Shown piece by piece: positions 13,801 to 27,435 of a stretch of DNA of 64,000 bases; the stretch's first letter is position 1, and each line of letters opens with the position of its first letter. The translations under genes were made by a program, and so were the position numbers. The notes under the pieces are model-generated. The model made no database searches and was not told the origin of the DNA. It worked only from the letters and a program-made list of their open reading frames with translations. This DNA is from Eledone cirrhosa (Eukaryota). Location: NCBI GenBank assembly GCA_964016885.1, contig OZ024741.1:255626001-255690000 (forward strand). Reading direction: 5' to 3'.

Positions 13801-16150
13801 TACGAGTGTTTCGACTTACTAATGTTTTTACTTACGAGTGTTTCGGCGTACGAGTGTTTCGACTTACGAGTGTTTCGACTTACGGGTGTTTTGACTTAAG
13901 GGTGTTTCGACTTACGAGTATTTTTGGCTTACGAGTGTTTCGACTTACGAGTGTTTTGACTTACGAGTGTTCTGATTTACGGATGTTTCGACATACGAGT
14001 GTTTCGACTTACGAGTGTTTCGACTTATGAGTGTTTCGACTTACGAGTGTTTCGGCTTATGAGTGTTTCGACTTACGAGTGTTTCGACTTACGAGTGTTT
14101 CGACTTACGAGTGTTTCGACTTACGAGTGTTTTGCCTTACGAATGTTTTGACTTACGGGTGTTTCGAATTACGAGTGTTTCGGCTTATGAGTGTTTCGAC
14201 TTACGGGCGTTTCGACTTACGGGTGTTTCGACTTACGAGTGTTTTGGCTTACGAATGTTTTGACTTACGGGTGTTTCGACTTACGAGTGTTTCGACTTAT
14301 GAGTGTTTCGACTTACGAGTGCTTCGGCTTATGAGTGTTTCGACTTACGAGTGCTTCGGCTTACGAGTGTTTCGACTTACGAGTATTTCGGCTTACGATT
14401 GTTTCGACGTACGAATGTTTTGGCTTACGAGTGTTTCGGCTTATGAGTGTTTCGGCTTACGAGTGTTTCGACTTACGAGTGTTTCGGCTTACGAGTGTTT
14501 CAGTGTTTCGGCTTACGTGTGTTTCGACTTACGAGTGTTTCGACTTACGACTGTTTCGGCTTACGAGTGTTTCGGCTTACGAGTGTTTCGGCTTACGAGT
14601 GTTTTGAATTACGATTGTTTGGCTTACGAGTGTTCTGACTTACGGGTGTTCTGACTTACGAGTGTTCCGACTTACGAGTGTTTCGGCTTATGAGGGTTTC
14701 GACTTACGAGTGCTTCGGCTTACGAGTGTTTCGACTTACGAGTGTTTCGGCTTACGAGTGTTTCGACTTACGAGTGTTTTGACTTGCGGTGTTTCGGCTT
14801 ACGAGTGTTTCGACATACGAGTGTTTTGACGTACGGGTGTTTCGACTTACGGGTCTTTCGACTTAAGAGTGTTTCCACTTACGAGCGCTTCGACTTACGA
14901 GTGTTTCGACTTACGAGTGTTTCGGCGTATGAGTGTTTTGACTTACGAGTGTTTCGACTTACGAGTGTTTCGACTTACGAGTGTTTCGAATTACGAGTGT
15001 TTCGACTTACGAGTGTTTTGACTTACGAGTGTTTTGACTTACGGTGTTTCTGCTTACGAGTGTTTCGACTTTCGAGTGTTATGACTTACGGGTGTTTTGA
15101 CATACGAGTGTTTCGACTTACGAGTCTTTCGGCTTACGAGTGTTTCGACTTACTAATGTTTTTACTTACGAGTGTTTCGGCTTACGAGTGTTTCGGCTTA
15201 TGAGTGTTTCGACTTACGAGTGCTTCGGCTTACGAGTGTTTCGACTTACGAGTATTTCGGCTTACGAGTGTTTCGTCGTACGAATGTTTTGGCTTACGAG
15301 TGTTTCGGCTTATGAGTGTTTCGGCTTACGAGTGTTTCGACTTACGAGTGTTTCGGCTTACGAGTGTTTCAGTGTTTCGGCTTACGTGTGTTTCGACTTA
15401 CGATTGTTTGGCTTACGAGTGTTCTGACTTACGAGTATTCTTACTTACGAGTGTTCCGACTTACGAGTGTTTCGGCTTACGAGTGTTTTGACTTACGATT
15501 GTTTGGCTTACGAGTGTTCTGACTTACGGGTGTTCTGACTTACGAGTGTTCCGACTTACGAGTGTTTCGGCTTATGAGGGTTTCGACTTACGAGTGCTTC
15601 GGCTTACGAGTGTTTCGACTTACGAGTGTTTCGGCTTACGAGTGTTTCGACTTACGAGTGTTCTGACTTACGAGTGTTCTGACTTACGAGTATTCTTACT
15701 TACGAGTGTTCCGACTTAGAGTGTTTCGGCTTACGAGTGTTTCGGCTTATGAGTGTTTCGACTTACGAGTGCTTCGGTTTACGAGTGTTTCGGCTTACGA
15801 GTGTTTTGACTTAAGGGTGTTTCGACTTACGAGTGTTTCGATACGAGTGTTTCGACTTACGAGTGTTTCGGCTTACGAGTGTTTCGACTTACGAGTGTTT
15901 CGACTTACGAGTGTTCCGATTTACGGGTGTTTCGACTTACGAGTGTTTTGGCTTACGGTGTTTCGACTTACGAGTGTTTCGAGTTAAGAGTGTTTTGACT
16001 TACGAGTGTTCTGATTTACGAGTGTTCTGACTTACGAGTGTTCTGACTTACGAGTGTTCTGACTTACGAGTGTTCTGACTTACGAGTGTTCCGACTTTAC
16101 GAGTGTTTCGGCTCACGAGTGTTTCGGCTTACGAGTGTTTCGACTTACGA

Positions 16151-16219
16151 AAATAACAAATAGACGCGGTTTCAAATCTCTATGCTTTTCAAATTCATTA
16201 CATTAATCTTTATTTATAC
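16151..16219 (+). repeat. 69-bp AT-rich element, copy 3 (context A)
   Basis: Matches copy 1 by eye. Confidence 0.97.
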
Positions 16220-19200
16220 GTTTCGCTTTACGAGTGTTTCGACTTACGAGTGTTTCGACATACGAGTGTTTCGACTTACGAATGTTTTTGCTTACGGGTG
16301 TTTCGACTTACGAATGTTTTTGCTTACGAGTGTTTCGGTTTACGAGTGTTCCGACTTACGAGTGTTCCGACTTACGAGTGTTTCGGCTTACGAGTGTTTC
16401 CGGCTTACGAGTGTTTCAACTTACAAGTGTTCTGACTTACGAGTGTTCTGATTTACGGATGTTTCGACACACGAGTGTTTCGAATTACGAGTGTTTCGAC
16501 TTACGAGTGTTTTGACTTACGGGTGTTTTGACATACGAGTGTTTCGATACGAGTGTTTCGACTTACGATTGTTCTGACTTACGAGTGTTCTGATTTACGG
16601 ATGTTTCGACATACGAGTGTTTCGACTTACGAGTGTTTCGACTTATGAGTGTTTCGACTTACGAGTGTTTCGGCTTACGAGTGTTTCGACTTACGAGTGT
16701 TTTGACTTACGGTGTTTCGGCTTACGAGTGTTTCGACTTACGAGTGTTTTGACTTACGGGTGTTTTGACATACGAGTGTTTCGATACGAGTGTTCTGACT
16801 TACGAGTGTTCTGACTTACGAGTGTTCTGATTTACGAGTGTTCTGATTTACGGATGTTTCGACATACGAGTGTTTCGACTTACGAGTGTTTCGACTTATG
16901 AGTGTTTCGACTTACGAGTGTTTCGGCTTACGAGTGTTTCGACTTACGAGTGTTTTGACTTACGGTGTTTCGGCTTACGAGTGTTTCGACTTACGAGTGT
17001 TTTGACTTACGGGTGTTTTGACATACGAGTGTTTCGATACGAGTGTTCTGACTTACGAGTGTTCTGACTTACGAGTGTTTTGACTTACGAGTGTTCTGAC
17101 TTACGGGTGTTTCGACTTACGAGTATGTTTGGCTTACGAGTGTTTCGACTTACGAGTGTTTTGACTTACGAGTGTACTGATTTACGGATGTTTCGACATA
17201 CGAGTGTTTCGACTTACGAGTGTTTCGACTTATGAGTGTTTCGACTTACGAGTGTTTCGGCTTACGAGTGTTTCGACTTACGAGTGTTTTGACTTACGGT
17301 GCTTCGGCTTACGAGTGTTTCGACTTACGAGTGTTTTGACTTACGGGTGTTTTGACATACGAGTGTTTCGATACGAGTGTTCTGACTTACGAGTGTTCTG
17401 ACTTACGAGTGTTTTGACTTACGAGTGTTCTGACTTACGAGTGTTCCGACTTACGAGTGTTCCGACTTACGAGTGTTTCGGCTTACGAGTGTTTCCGGCT
17501 TACGAGTGTTTCGACTTCCGAGTGTTTTGACTTACGGTGTTTCGGCTTACGAGTGATTCGACTTACGAGTGTTTTGACTTACGGGTGATTTGACTTACGG
17601 GTGTTGTGAATTACGAGTGTTCCGATTTACGAGTGTTTTGACTTACGGTGTTTCGGCTTACGAGTGATTCGACTTACGAATGTTTTGACTTACGGGTGTT
17701 TCGGCTTGCGAGTGTTTCGACTTACGAGTGTTTCGGTTTATGGGTGTTTCGACTTACTAATGTTTTTACTTACGAGTGTTTCGGCGTACGAGTGTTTTGA
17801 CTTACGAGTGTTTCGACTTACGAGTGTTTCGACTTACGAGTGTTTCGGCTTACGTGAGTTTCGACTTAAGAGTGTTCTGATTTACGAGTGTTCTGACTTG
17901 CGGGTGTTCTGATTTACGAGTGTTCCGACTTACGAGTGTTTCGGCTTATTAGTGTTTCGACTTACGAGTGTTTGGGCTTACGAGTGTTTCGACTTATGGG
18001 TGTTTCGACTTACGAGTGTTTATACTTACGGTCTTTCGGCTTACGAGTGTTTCGACATACGAGTGTTTTGACTTACGGGTGTTTCGACTTACGAGTGTTT
18101 TGACTTACGAATGTTTTGACTTACGGGTGTTTCGGCTTACGAGTGTTTCGACTTACGAGTGTTTCGGCTTACGAGTGTTTCGACTTACTAATGTTCTTAC
18201 TTACGAGTGTTTCGGCGTACGAGAGTTTTGACTTACGAGTGTTTCGACTTACGAGTGTTTCGACTTACGAGTGTTTTGACTTACGAATGTTTTGACTTAC
18301 GGGTGTTTCGGCTGACGAGTGTTTCGACTTACGAGTCTTTCGGCTTACGAGTGTTTCGACTTACTAATGTTTTTACTTACGAGTGTTTCGGCGTACGAGT
18401 GTTTCGACTTACGAGTGTTTCGACTTACGGGTGTTTTGACTTACGGGTGTTTCGGCTTACGAGTGTTTTGACTTACGAGTGTTTTGACTTAAGGGTGTTT
18501 CGACTTACGAGTATTTTTGGCTTACGAGTGTTTCGACTTACGAGTGTTTTGACTTACGAGTGTTCTGATTTACGGATGTTTCGACATACGAGTGTTTCGA
18601 CTTACGAGTGTTTCGACTTATGAGTGTTTCGACTTACGAGTGTTTCGGCTTATGAGTGTTTCGACTTACGAGTGTTTCGACTTACGAGTGTTTCGACTTA
18701 CGAGTGTTTCGACTTACGAGTGTTTTGGCTTACGAATGTTTTGACTTACGGATGTTTCGAATTACGAGTGTTTCGGCTTATGAGTGTTTCAACTTACGGG
18801 CGTTTCGACTTACGGGTGTTTCGACTTACGAGTGTTTTGGCTTACGAATGTTTTGACTTACGGGTGTTTCGACTTACGAGTGTTTCGACTTATGAGTGTT
18901 TCGATTTACGAGTGCTTCGGCTTATGAGTGTTTCGACTTACGAGTGCTTCGGCTTACGAGTGTTTCGACTTACGAGTATTTCGGCTTACGATTGTTTCGA
19001 CGTACGAATGTTTTGGCTTACGAGTGTTTCGGCTTATGAGTGTTTCGGCTTACGAGTGTTTCGACTTACGAGTGTTTCGGCTTACGAGTGTTTCAGTGTT
19101 TCGGCTTACGTGTGTTTCGACTTACGAGTGTTTCGACTTACGACTGTTTCGGCTTACGAGTGTTTCGGCTTACGAGTGTTTCGGCTTACGAGTGTTTTGA

Positions 19201-20743
19201 CTTACGATTGTTTGGCTTACGAGTGTTCTGACTTACGGGTGTTCTGACTTACGAGTGTTCCGACTTACGAGTGTTTCGGCTTATGAGGGTTTCGACTTAC
19301 GAGTGCTTCGGCTTACGAGTGTTTCGACTTACGAGTGTTTCGGCTTACGAGTGTTTCGACTTACGAGTGTTTTGACTTACGGTGTTTCGGCTTACGAGTG
19401 TTTCGACATACGAGTGTTTTGACGTACGGGTGTTTCAACTTACGGGTCTTTCGACTTAAGAGTGTTTCCACTTACGAGCGCTTCGACTTACGAGTGTTTC
19501 GACTTACGAGTGTTTCGGCGTATGAGTGTTTTGACTTACGAGTGTTTCGACTTACGAGTGTTTCGACTTACGAGTGTTTCGAATTACGAGTGTTTCGACT
19601 TACGAGTGTTTTGACTTACGAGTGTTTTGACTTACGGTGTTTCTGCTTACGAGTGTTTCGACTTTCGAGTGTTATGACTTACGGGTGTTTTGACATACGA
19701 GTGTTTCGACTTACGAGTCTTTCGGCTTACGAGTGTTTCGACTTACTAATGTTTTTACTTACGAGTGTTTCGGCTTACGAGTGTTTCGGCTTATGAGTGT
19801 TTCGACTTACGAGTGCTTCGGCTTACGAGTGTTTCGACTTACGAGTATTTCGGCTTACGAGTGTTTCGTCGTACGAATGTTTTGGCTTACGAGTGTTTCG
19901 GCTTATGAGTGTTTCGGCTTACGAGTGTTTCGACTTACGAGTGTTTCGGCTTACGAGTGTTTCAGTGTTTCGGCTTACGTGTGTTTCGACTTACGATTGT
20001 TTGGCTTACGAGTGTTCTGACTTACGAGTATTCTTACTTACGAGTGTTCCGACTTACGAGTGTTTCGGCTTACGAGTGTTTTGACTTACGATTGTTTGGC
20101 TTACGAGTGTTCTGACTTACGGGTGTTCTGACTTACGAGTGTTCCGACTTACGAGTGTTTCGGCTTATGAGGGTTTCGACTTACGAGTGCTTCGGCTTAC
20201 GAGTGTTTCGACTTACGAGTGTTTCGGCTTACGAGTGTTTCGACTTACGAGTGTTCTGACTTACGAGTGTTCTGACTTACGAGTATTCTTACTTACGAGT
20301 GTTCCGACTTAGAGTGTTTCGGCTTACGAGTGTTTCGGCTTATGAGTGTTTCGACTTACGAGTGCTTCGGTTTACGAGTGTTTCGGCTTACGAGTGTTTT
20401 GACTTAAGGGTGTTTCGACTTACGAGTGTTTCGATACGAGTGTTTCGACTTACGAGTGTTTCGGCTTACGAGTGTTTCGACTTACGAGTGTTTCGACTTA
20501 CGAGTGTTCCGATTTACGGGTGTTTCGACTTACGAGTGTTTTGGCTTACGGTGTTTCGACTTACGAGTGTTTCGAGTTAAGAGTGTTTTGACTTACGAGT
20601 GTTCTGATTTACGAGTGTTCTGACTTACGAGTGTTCTGACTTACGAGTGTTCTGACTTACGAGTGTTCTGACTTACGAGTGTTCCGACTTTACGAGTGTT
20701 TCGGCTCACGAGTGTTTCGGCTTACGAGTGTTTCGACTTACGA

Positions 20744-20812
20744 AAATAACAAATAGACGCGGTTTCAAATCTCTATGCTTTTCAAATTCATTACATTAAT
20801 CTTTATTTATAC
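20744..20812 (+). repeat. 69-bp AT-rich element, copy 4 (context A)
   Basis: Matches copy 1 and lies 4593 bp after copy 3. Confidence 0.97.
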
Positions 20813-20960
20813 GTTTCGCTTTACGAGTGTTTCGACTTACGAGTGTTTCGACATACGAGTGTTTCGACTTACGAATGTTTTTGCTTACGGGTGTTTCGAC
20901 TTACGAATGTTTTTGCTTACGAGTGTTTCGGTTTACGAGTGTTCCGACTTACGAGTGTTC

Positions 20961-23900
20961 CGACTTACGAGTGTTTCGGCTTACGAGTGTTTCCGGCTTA
21001 CGAGTGTTTCAACTTACAAGTGTTCTGACTTACGAGTGTTCTGATTTACGGATGTTTCGACACACGAGTGTTTCGAATTACGAGTGTTTCGACTTACGAG
21101 TGTTTTGACTTACGGGTGTTTTGACATACGAGTGTTTCGATACGAGTGTTTCGACTTACGATTGTTCTGACTTACGAGTGTTCTGATTTACGGATGTTTC
21201 GACATACGAGTGTTTCGACTTACGAGTGTTTCGACTTATGAGTGTTTCGACTTACGAGTGTTTCGGCTTACGAGTGTTTCGACTTACGAGTGTTTTGACT
21301 TACGGTGTTTCGGCTTACGAGTGTTTCGACTTACGAGTGTTTTGACTTACGGGTGTTTTGACATACGAGTGTTTCGATACGAGTGTTCTGACTTACGAGT
21401 GTTCTGACTTACGAGTGTTCTGATTTACGAGTGTTCTGATTTACGGATGTTTCGACATACGAGTGTTTCGACTTACGAGTGTTTCGACTTATGAGTGTTT
21501 CGACTTACGAGTGTTTCGGCTTACGAGTGTTTCGACTTACGAGTGTTTTGACTTACGGTGTTTCGGCTTACGAGTGTTTCGACTTACGAGTGTTTTGACT
21601 TACGGGTGTTTTGACATACGAGTGTTTCGATACGAGTGTTCTGACTTACGAGTGTTCTGACTTACGAGTGTTTTGACTTACGAGTGTTCTGACTTACGGG
21701 TGTTTCGACTTACGAGTATGTTTGGCTTACGAGTGTTTCGACTTACGAGTGTTTTGACTTACGAGTGTACTGATTTACGGATGTTTCGACATACGAGTGT
21801 TTCGACTTACGAGTGTTTCGACTTATGAGTGTTTCGACTTACGAGTGTTTCGGCTTACGAGTGTTTCGACTTACGAGTGTTTTGACTTACGGTGTTTCGG
21901 CTTACGAGTGTTTCGACTTACGAGTGTTTTGACTTACGGGTGTTTTGACATACGAGTGTTTCGATACGAGTGTTCTGACTTACGAGTGTTCTGACTTACG
22001 AGTGTTTTGACTTACGAGTGTTCTGACTTACGAGTGTTCCGACTTACGAGTGTTCCGACTTACGAGTGTTTCGGCTTACGAGTGTTTCCGGCTTACGAGT
22101 GTTTCGACTTCCGAGTGTTTTGACTTACGGTGTTTCGGCTTACGAGTGATTCGACTTACGAGTGTTTTGACTTACGGGTGATTTGACTTACGGGTGTTGT
22201 GAATTACGAGTGTTCCGATTTACGAGTGTTTTGACTTACGGTGTTTCGGCTTACGAGTGATTCGACTTACGAATGTTTTGACTTACGGGTGTTTCGGCTT
22301 GCGAGTGTTTCGACTTACGAGTGTTTCGGTTTATGGGTGTTTCGACTTACTAATGTTTTTACTTACGAGTGTTTCGGCGTACGAGTGTTTTGACTTACGA
22401 GTGTTTCGACTTACGAGTGTTTCGACTTACGAGTGTTTCGGCTTACGTGAGTTTCGACTTAAGAGTGTTCTGATTTACGAGTGTTCTGACTTGCGGGTGT
22501 TCTGATTTACGAGTGTTCCGACTTACGAGTGTTTCGGCTTATTAGTGTTTCGACTTACGAGTGTTTGGGCTTACGAGTGTTTCGACTTATGGGTGTTTCG
22601 ACTTACGAGTGTTTTTACTTACGGTCTTTCGGCTTACGAGTGTTTCGACATACGAGTGTTTTGACTTACGGGTGTTTCGACTTACGAGTGTTTTGACTTA
22701 CGAATGTTTTGACTTACGGGTGTTTCGGCTTACGAGTGTTTCGACTTACGAGTGTTTCGGCTTACGAGTGTTTCGACTTACTAATGTTCTTACTTACGAG
22801 TGTTTCGGCGTACGAGAGTTTTGACTTACGAGTGTTTCGACTTACGAGTGTTTCGACTTACGAGTGTTTTGACTTACGAATGTTTTGACTTACGGGTGTT
22901 TCGGCTGACGAGTGTTTCGACTTACGAGTCTTTCGGCTTACGAGTGTTTCGACTTACTAATGTTTTTACTTACGAGTGTTTCGGCGTACGAGTGTTTCGA
23001 CTTACGAGTGTTTCGACTTACGGGTGTTTTGACTTACGGGTGTTTCGGCTTACGAGTGTTTTGACTTACGAGTGTTTTGACTTAAGGGTGTTTCGACTTA
23101 CGAGTATTTTTGGCTTACGAGTGTTTCGACTTAGGAGTGTTTCGGCTTACGAGTGTTTCCGGCTTACGAGTGTTTCAACTTACAAGTGTTCTGACTTACG
23201 AGTGTTCTGATTTACGGATGTTTCGACACACGAGTGTTTCGAATTACGAGTGTTTCGACTTACGAGTGTTTTGACTTACGGGTGTTTTGACATACGAGTG
23301 TTTCGATACGAGTGTTTCGACTTACGATTGTTCTGACTTACGAGTGTTCTGATTTACGGATGTTTCGACATACGAGTGTTTCGACTTACGAGTGTTTCGA
23401 CTTATGAGTGTTTCGACTTACGAGTGTTTCGGCTTACGAGTGTTTCGACTTACGAGTGTTTTGACTTACGGTGTTTCGGCTTACGAGTGTTTCGACTTAC
23501 GAGTGTTTTGACTTACGGGTGTTTTGACATACGAGTGTTTCGATACGAGTGTTCTGACTTACGAGTGTTCTGACTTACGAGTGTTCTGATTTACGAGTGT
23601 TCTGATTTACGGATGTTTCGACATACGAGTGTTTCGACTTACGAGTGTTTCGACTTATGAGTGTTTCGACTTACGAGTGTTTCGGCTTACGAGTGTTTCG
23701 ACTTACGAGTGTTTTGACTTACGGTGTTTCGGCTTACGAGTGTTTCGACTTACGAGTGTTTTGACTTACGGGTGTTTTGACATACGAGTGTTTCGATACG
23801 AGTGTTCTGACTTACGAGTGTTCTGACTTACGAGTGTTTTGACTTACGAGTGTTCTGACTTACGGGTGTTTCGACTTACGAGTATGTTTGGCTTACGAGT

Positions 23901-25295
23901 GTTTCGACTTACGAGTGTTTTGACTTACGAGTGTACTGATTTACGGATGTTTCGACATACGAGTGTTTCGACTTACGAGTGTTTCGACTTATGAGTGTTT
24001 CGACTTACGAGTATTTCGGCTTACGAGTGTTTCGACTTACGAGTGTTTTGACTTACGGTGCTTCGGCTTACGAGTGTTTCGACTTACGAGTGTTTTGACT
24101 TACGGGTGTTTTGACATACGAGTGTTTCGATACGAGTGTTCTGACTTACGAGTGTTCTGACTTACGAGTGTTTTGACTTACGAGTGTTCTGACTTACGAG
24201 TGTTCCGACTTACGAGTGTTCCGACTTACGAGTGTTTCGGCTTACGAGTGTTTCCGGCTTACGAGTGTTTCGACTTCCGAGTGTTTTGACTTACGGTGTT
24301 TCGGCTTACGAGTGATTCGACTTACGAGTGTTTTGACTTACGGGTGATTTGACTTACGGGTGTTGTGAATTACGAGTGTTCCGATTTACGAGTGTTTTGA
24401 CTTACGGTGTTTCGGCTTACGAGTGATTCGACTTACGAATGTTTTGACTTACGGGTGTTTCGGCTTGCGAGTGTTTCGACTTACGAGTGTTTCGGTTTAT
24501 GGGTGTTTCGACTTACTAATGTTTTTACTTACGAGTGTTTCGGCGTACGAGTGTTTTGACTTACGAGTGTTTCGACTTACGAGTGTTTCGACTTACGAGT
24601 GTTTCGGCTTACGTGAGTTTCGACTTAAGAGTGTTCTGATTTACGAGTGTTCTGACTTGCGGGTGTTCTGATTTACGAGTGTTCCGACTTACGAGTGTTT
24701 CGGCTTATTAGTGTTTCGACTTACGAGTGTTTGGGCTTACGAGTGTTTCGACTTATGGGTGTTTCGACTTACGAGTGTTTTTACTTACGGTCTTTCGGCT
24801 TACGAGTGTTTCGACATACGAGTGTTTTGACTTACGGGTGTTTCGACTTACGAGTGTTTTGACTTACGAATGTTTTGACTTACGGGTGTTTCGGCTTACG
24901 AGTGTTTCGACTTACGAGTGTTTCGGCTTACGAGTGTTTCGACTTACTAATGTTCTTACTTACGAGTGTTTCGGCGTACGAGAGTTTTGACTTACGAGTG
25001 TTTCGACTTACGAGTGTTTCGACTTACGAGTGTTTTGACTTACGAATGTTTTGACTTACGGGTGTTTCGGCTGACGAGTGTTTCGACTTACGAGTCTTTC
25101 GGCTTACGAGTGTTTCGACTTACTAATGTTTTTACTTACGAGTGTTTCGGCGTACGAGTGTTTCGACTTACGAGTGTTTCGACTTACGGGTGTTTTGACT
25201 TACGGGTGTTTCGGCTTACGAGTGTTTTGACTTACGAGTGTTTTGACTTAAGGGTGTTTCGACTTACGAGTATTTTTGGCTTACGAGTGTTTCGA
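20961..25295 (+). repeat. Tandem duplication, 2166-bp unit x2 (approximate ends; junction about 23127)
   Basis: Constant 2166 offset between ORFs 21210/23376, 21463/23629, 21797/23963, 22257/24423, 22561/24727 and 22800/24966. Confidence 0.9.
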
Positions 25296-27366
25296 CTTAC
25301 GAGTGTTCTGATTTACGGATGTTTCGACATACGAGTGTTTCGACTTACGAGTGTTTCGACTTATGAGTGTTTCGACTTACGAGTGTTTCGGCTTATGAGT
25401 GTTTCGACTTACGAGTGTTTCGACTTACGAGTGTTTCGACTTACGAGTGTTTCGACTTACGAGTGTTTTGGCTTACGAATGTTTTGACTTACGGATGTTT
25501 CGAATTACGAGTGTTTCGGCTTATGAGTGTTTCGACTTACGGGCGTTTCGACTTACGGGTGTTTCGACTTACGAGTGTTTTGGCTTACGAATGTTTTGAC
25601 TTACGGGTGTTTCGACTTACGAGTGTTTCGACTTATGAGTGTTTCGACTTACGAGTGCTTCGGCTTATGAGTGTTTCGACTTACGAGTGCTTCGGCTTAC
25701 GAGTGTTTCGACTTACGAGTATTTCGGCTTACGATTGTTTCGACGTACGAATGTTTTGGCTTACGAGTGTTTCGGCTTATGAGTGTTTCGGCTTACGAGT
25801 GTTTCGACTTACGAGTGTTTCGGCTTACGAGTGTTTCAGTGTTTCGGCTTACGTGTGTTTCGACTTACGAGTGTTTCGACTTACGACTGTTTCGGCTTAC
25901 GAGTGTTTCGGCTTACGAGTGTTTCGGCTTACGAGTGTTTTGACTTACGATTGTTTGGCTTACGAGTGTTCTGACTTACGGGTGTTCTGACTTACGAGTG
26001 TTCCGACTTACGAGTGTTTCGGCTTATGAGGGTTTCGACTTACGAGTGCTTCGGCTTACGAGTGTTTCGACTTACGAGTGTTTCGGCTTACGAGTGTTTC
26101 GACTTACGAGTGTTTTGACTTACGGTGTTTCGGCTTACGAGTGTTTCGACATACGAGTGTTTTGACGTACGGGTGTTTCAACTTACGGGTCTTTCGACTT
26201 AAGAGTGTTTCCACTTACGAGCGCTTCGACTTACGAGTGTTTCGACTTACGAGTGTTTCGGCGTATGAGTGTTTTGACTTACGAGTGTTTCGACTTACGA
26301 GTGTTTCGACTTACGAGTGTTTCGAATTACGAGTGTTTCGACTTACGAGTGTTTTGACTTACGAGTGTTTTGACTTACGGTGTTTCTGCTTACGAGTGTT
26401 TCGACTTTCGAGTGTTATGACTTACGGCTGTTTTGACATACGAGTGTTTCGACTGACGAGTCTTTCGGCTTACGAGTGTTTCGACTTACTAATGTTTTTA
26501 CTTACGAGTGTTTCGGCGTACGAGTGTTTCGACTTCCGAGTGTTTCGACTTACAGGTGTTTTGACTTACGGGTGTTTCGGCTTACGAGTGTTTTGACTTA
26601 CGAGTGTTTTGACTTAAGGGTGTTTCGACTTACGAGTATTTTTGGCTTACGAGTGTTTCGACTTACGAGTGTTTTGACTTACGGGTGTTTTGACATACGA
26701 GTGTTTCGATACGAGTGTTCTGACGTACGAGTGTTCTGACTTACGAGTGTTTTGACTTACGAGTGTTCTGACTTACGAGTGTTCCGACTTACGAGTGTTC
26801 CGACTTACGAGTGTTTCGGCTTACGAGTGTTTCCGGCTTACGAGTGTTTCGACTTACGAGTGTTTTGACTTACGGTGTTTCGGCTTACGAGTGATTCGAC
26901 TTACGAGTGTTTTGACTTACGGGTGTTTTGACTTACGGGTGTTGTGAATTACGAGTGTTCCGATTTACGAGTGTTTTGACTTACGGTGTTTCGGCTTACG
27001 AGTGATTCGACTTACGAATGTTTTGACTTACGGGTGTTTCGGCTTGCGAGTGTTTCGACTTACGAGTGTTTCGGCTTATGAGTGTTTCGACTTACTAATG
27101 TTTTTACTTACGAGTGTTCTGACTTACGAGTGTTCGACTTACGAGTGTTCCGACTTACGGGTGTTTCGACTTACGAGTGGTTTGGCTTACGGTGTTTCGG
27201 CTTACGAGTGTTTCGAGTTACGAGTGTTTTGACTTACGCGTGTTTTGACATACGAGTGTTTCGATACGAGTGTTCTGACTTACGAGTGTTCTGACTTACG
27301 AGTGTTCCGACTTTACGAGTGTTTCGGCTCACGAGTGTTTCGGCTTACGAGTGTTTCGACTTACAA

Positions 27367-27435
27367 AAATAACAAATAGACGCGGTTTCAAATCTCTATG
27401 AATTTCAAATTCATTACATTAATCTTTATTTATAC
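27367..27435 (+). repeat. 69-bp AT-rich element, copy 5 (divergent; ATGAATTTC allele)
   Basis: CT>AA at 27401-27402, and the upstream monomer reads TTACAA rather than TTACGA. Confidence 0.96.

Larger units (their letters stand above)
13900..23126 (+). repeat. Tandem duplication, 4593-bp unit x2 (approximate ends)
   Basis: Constant 4593 offset between matching ORFs 14031/18624, 14742/19335, 15140/19733, 16182/20775, 17664/22257 and 18207/22800. Confidence 0.92.
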
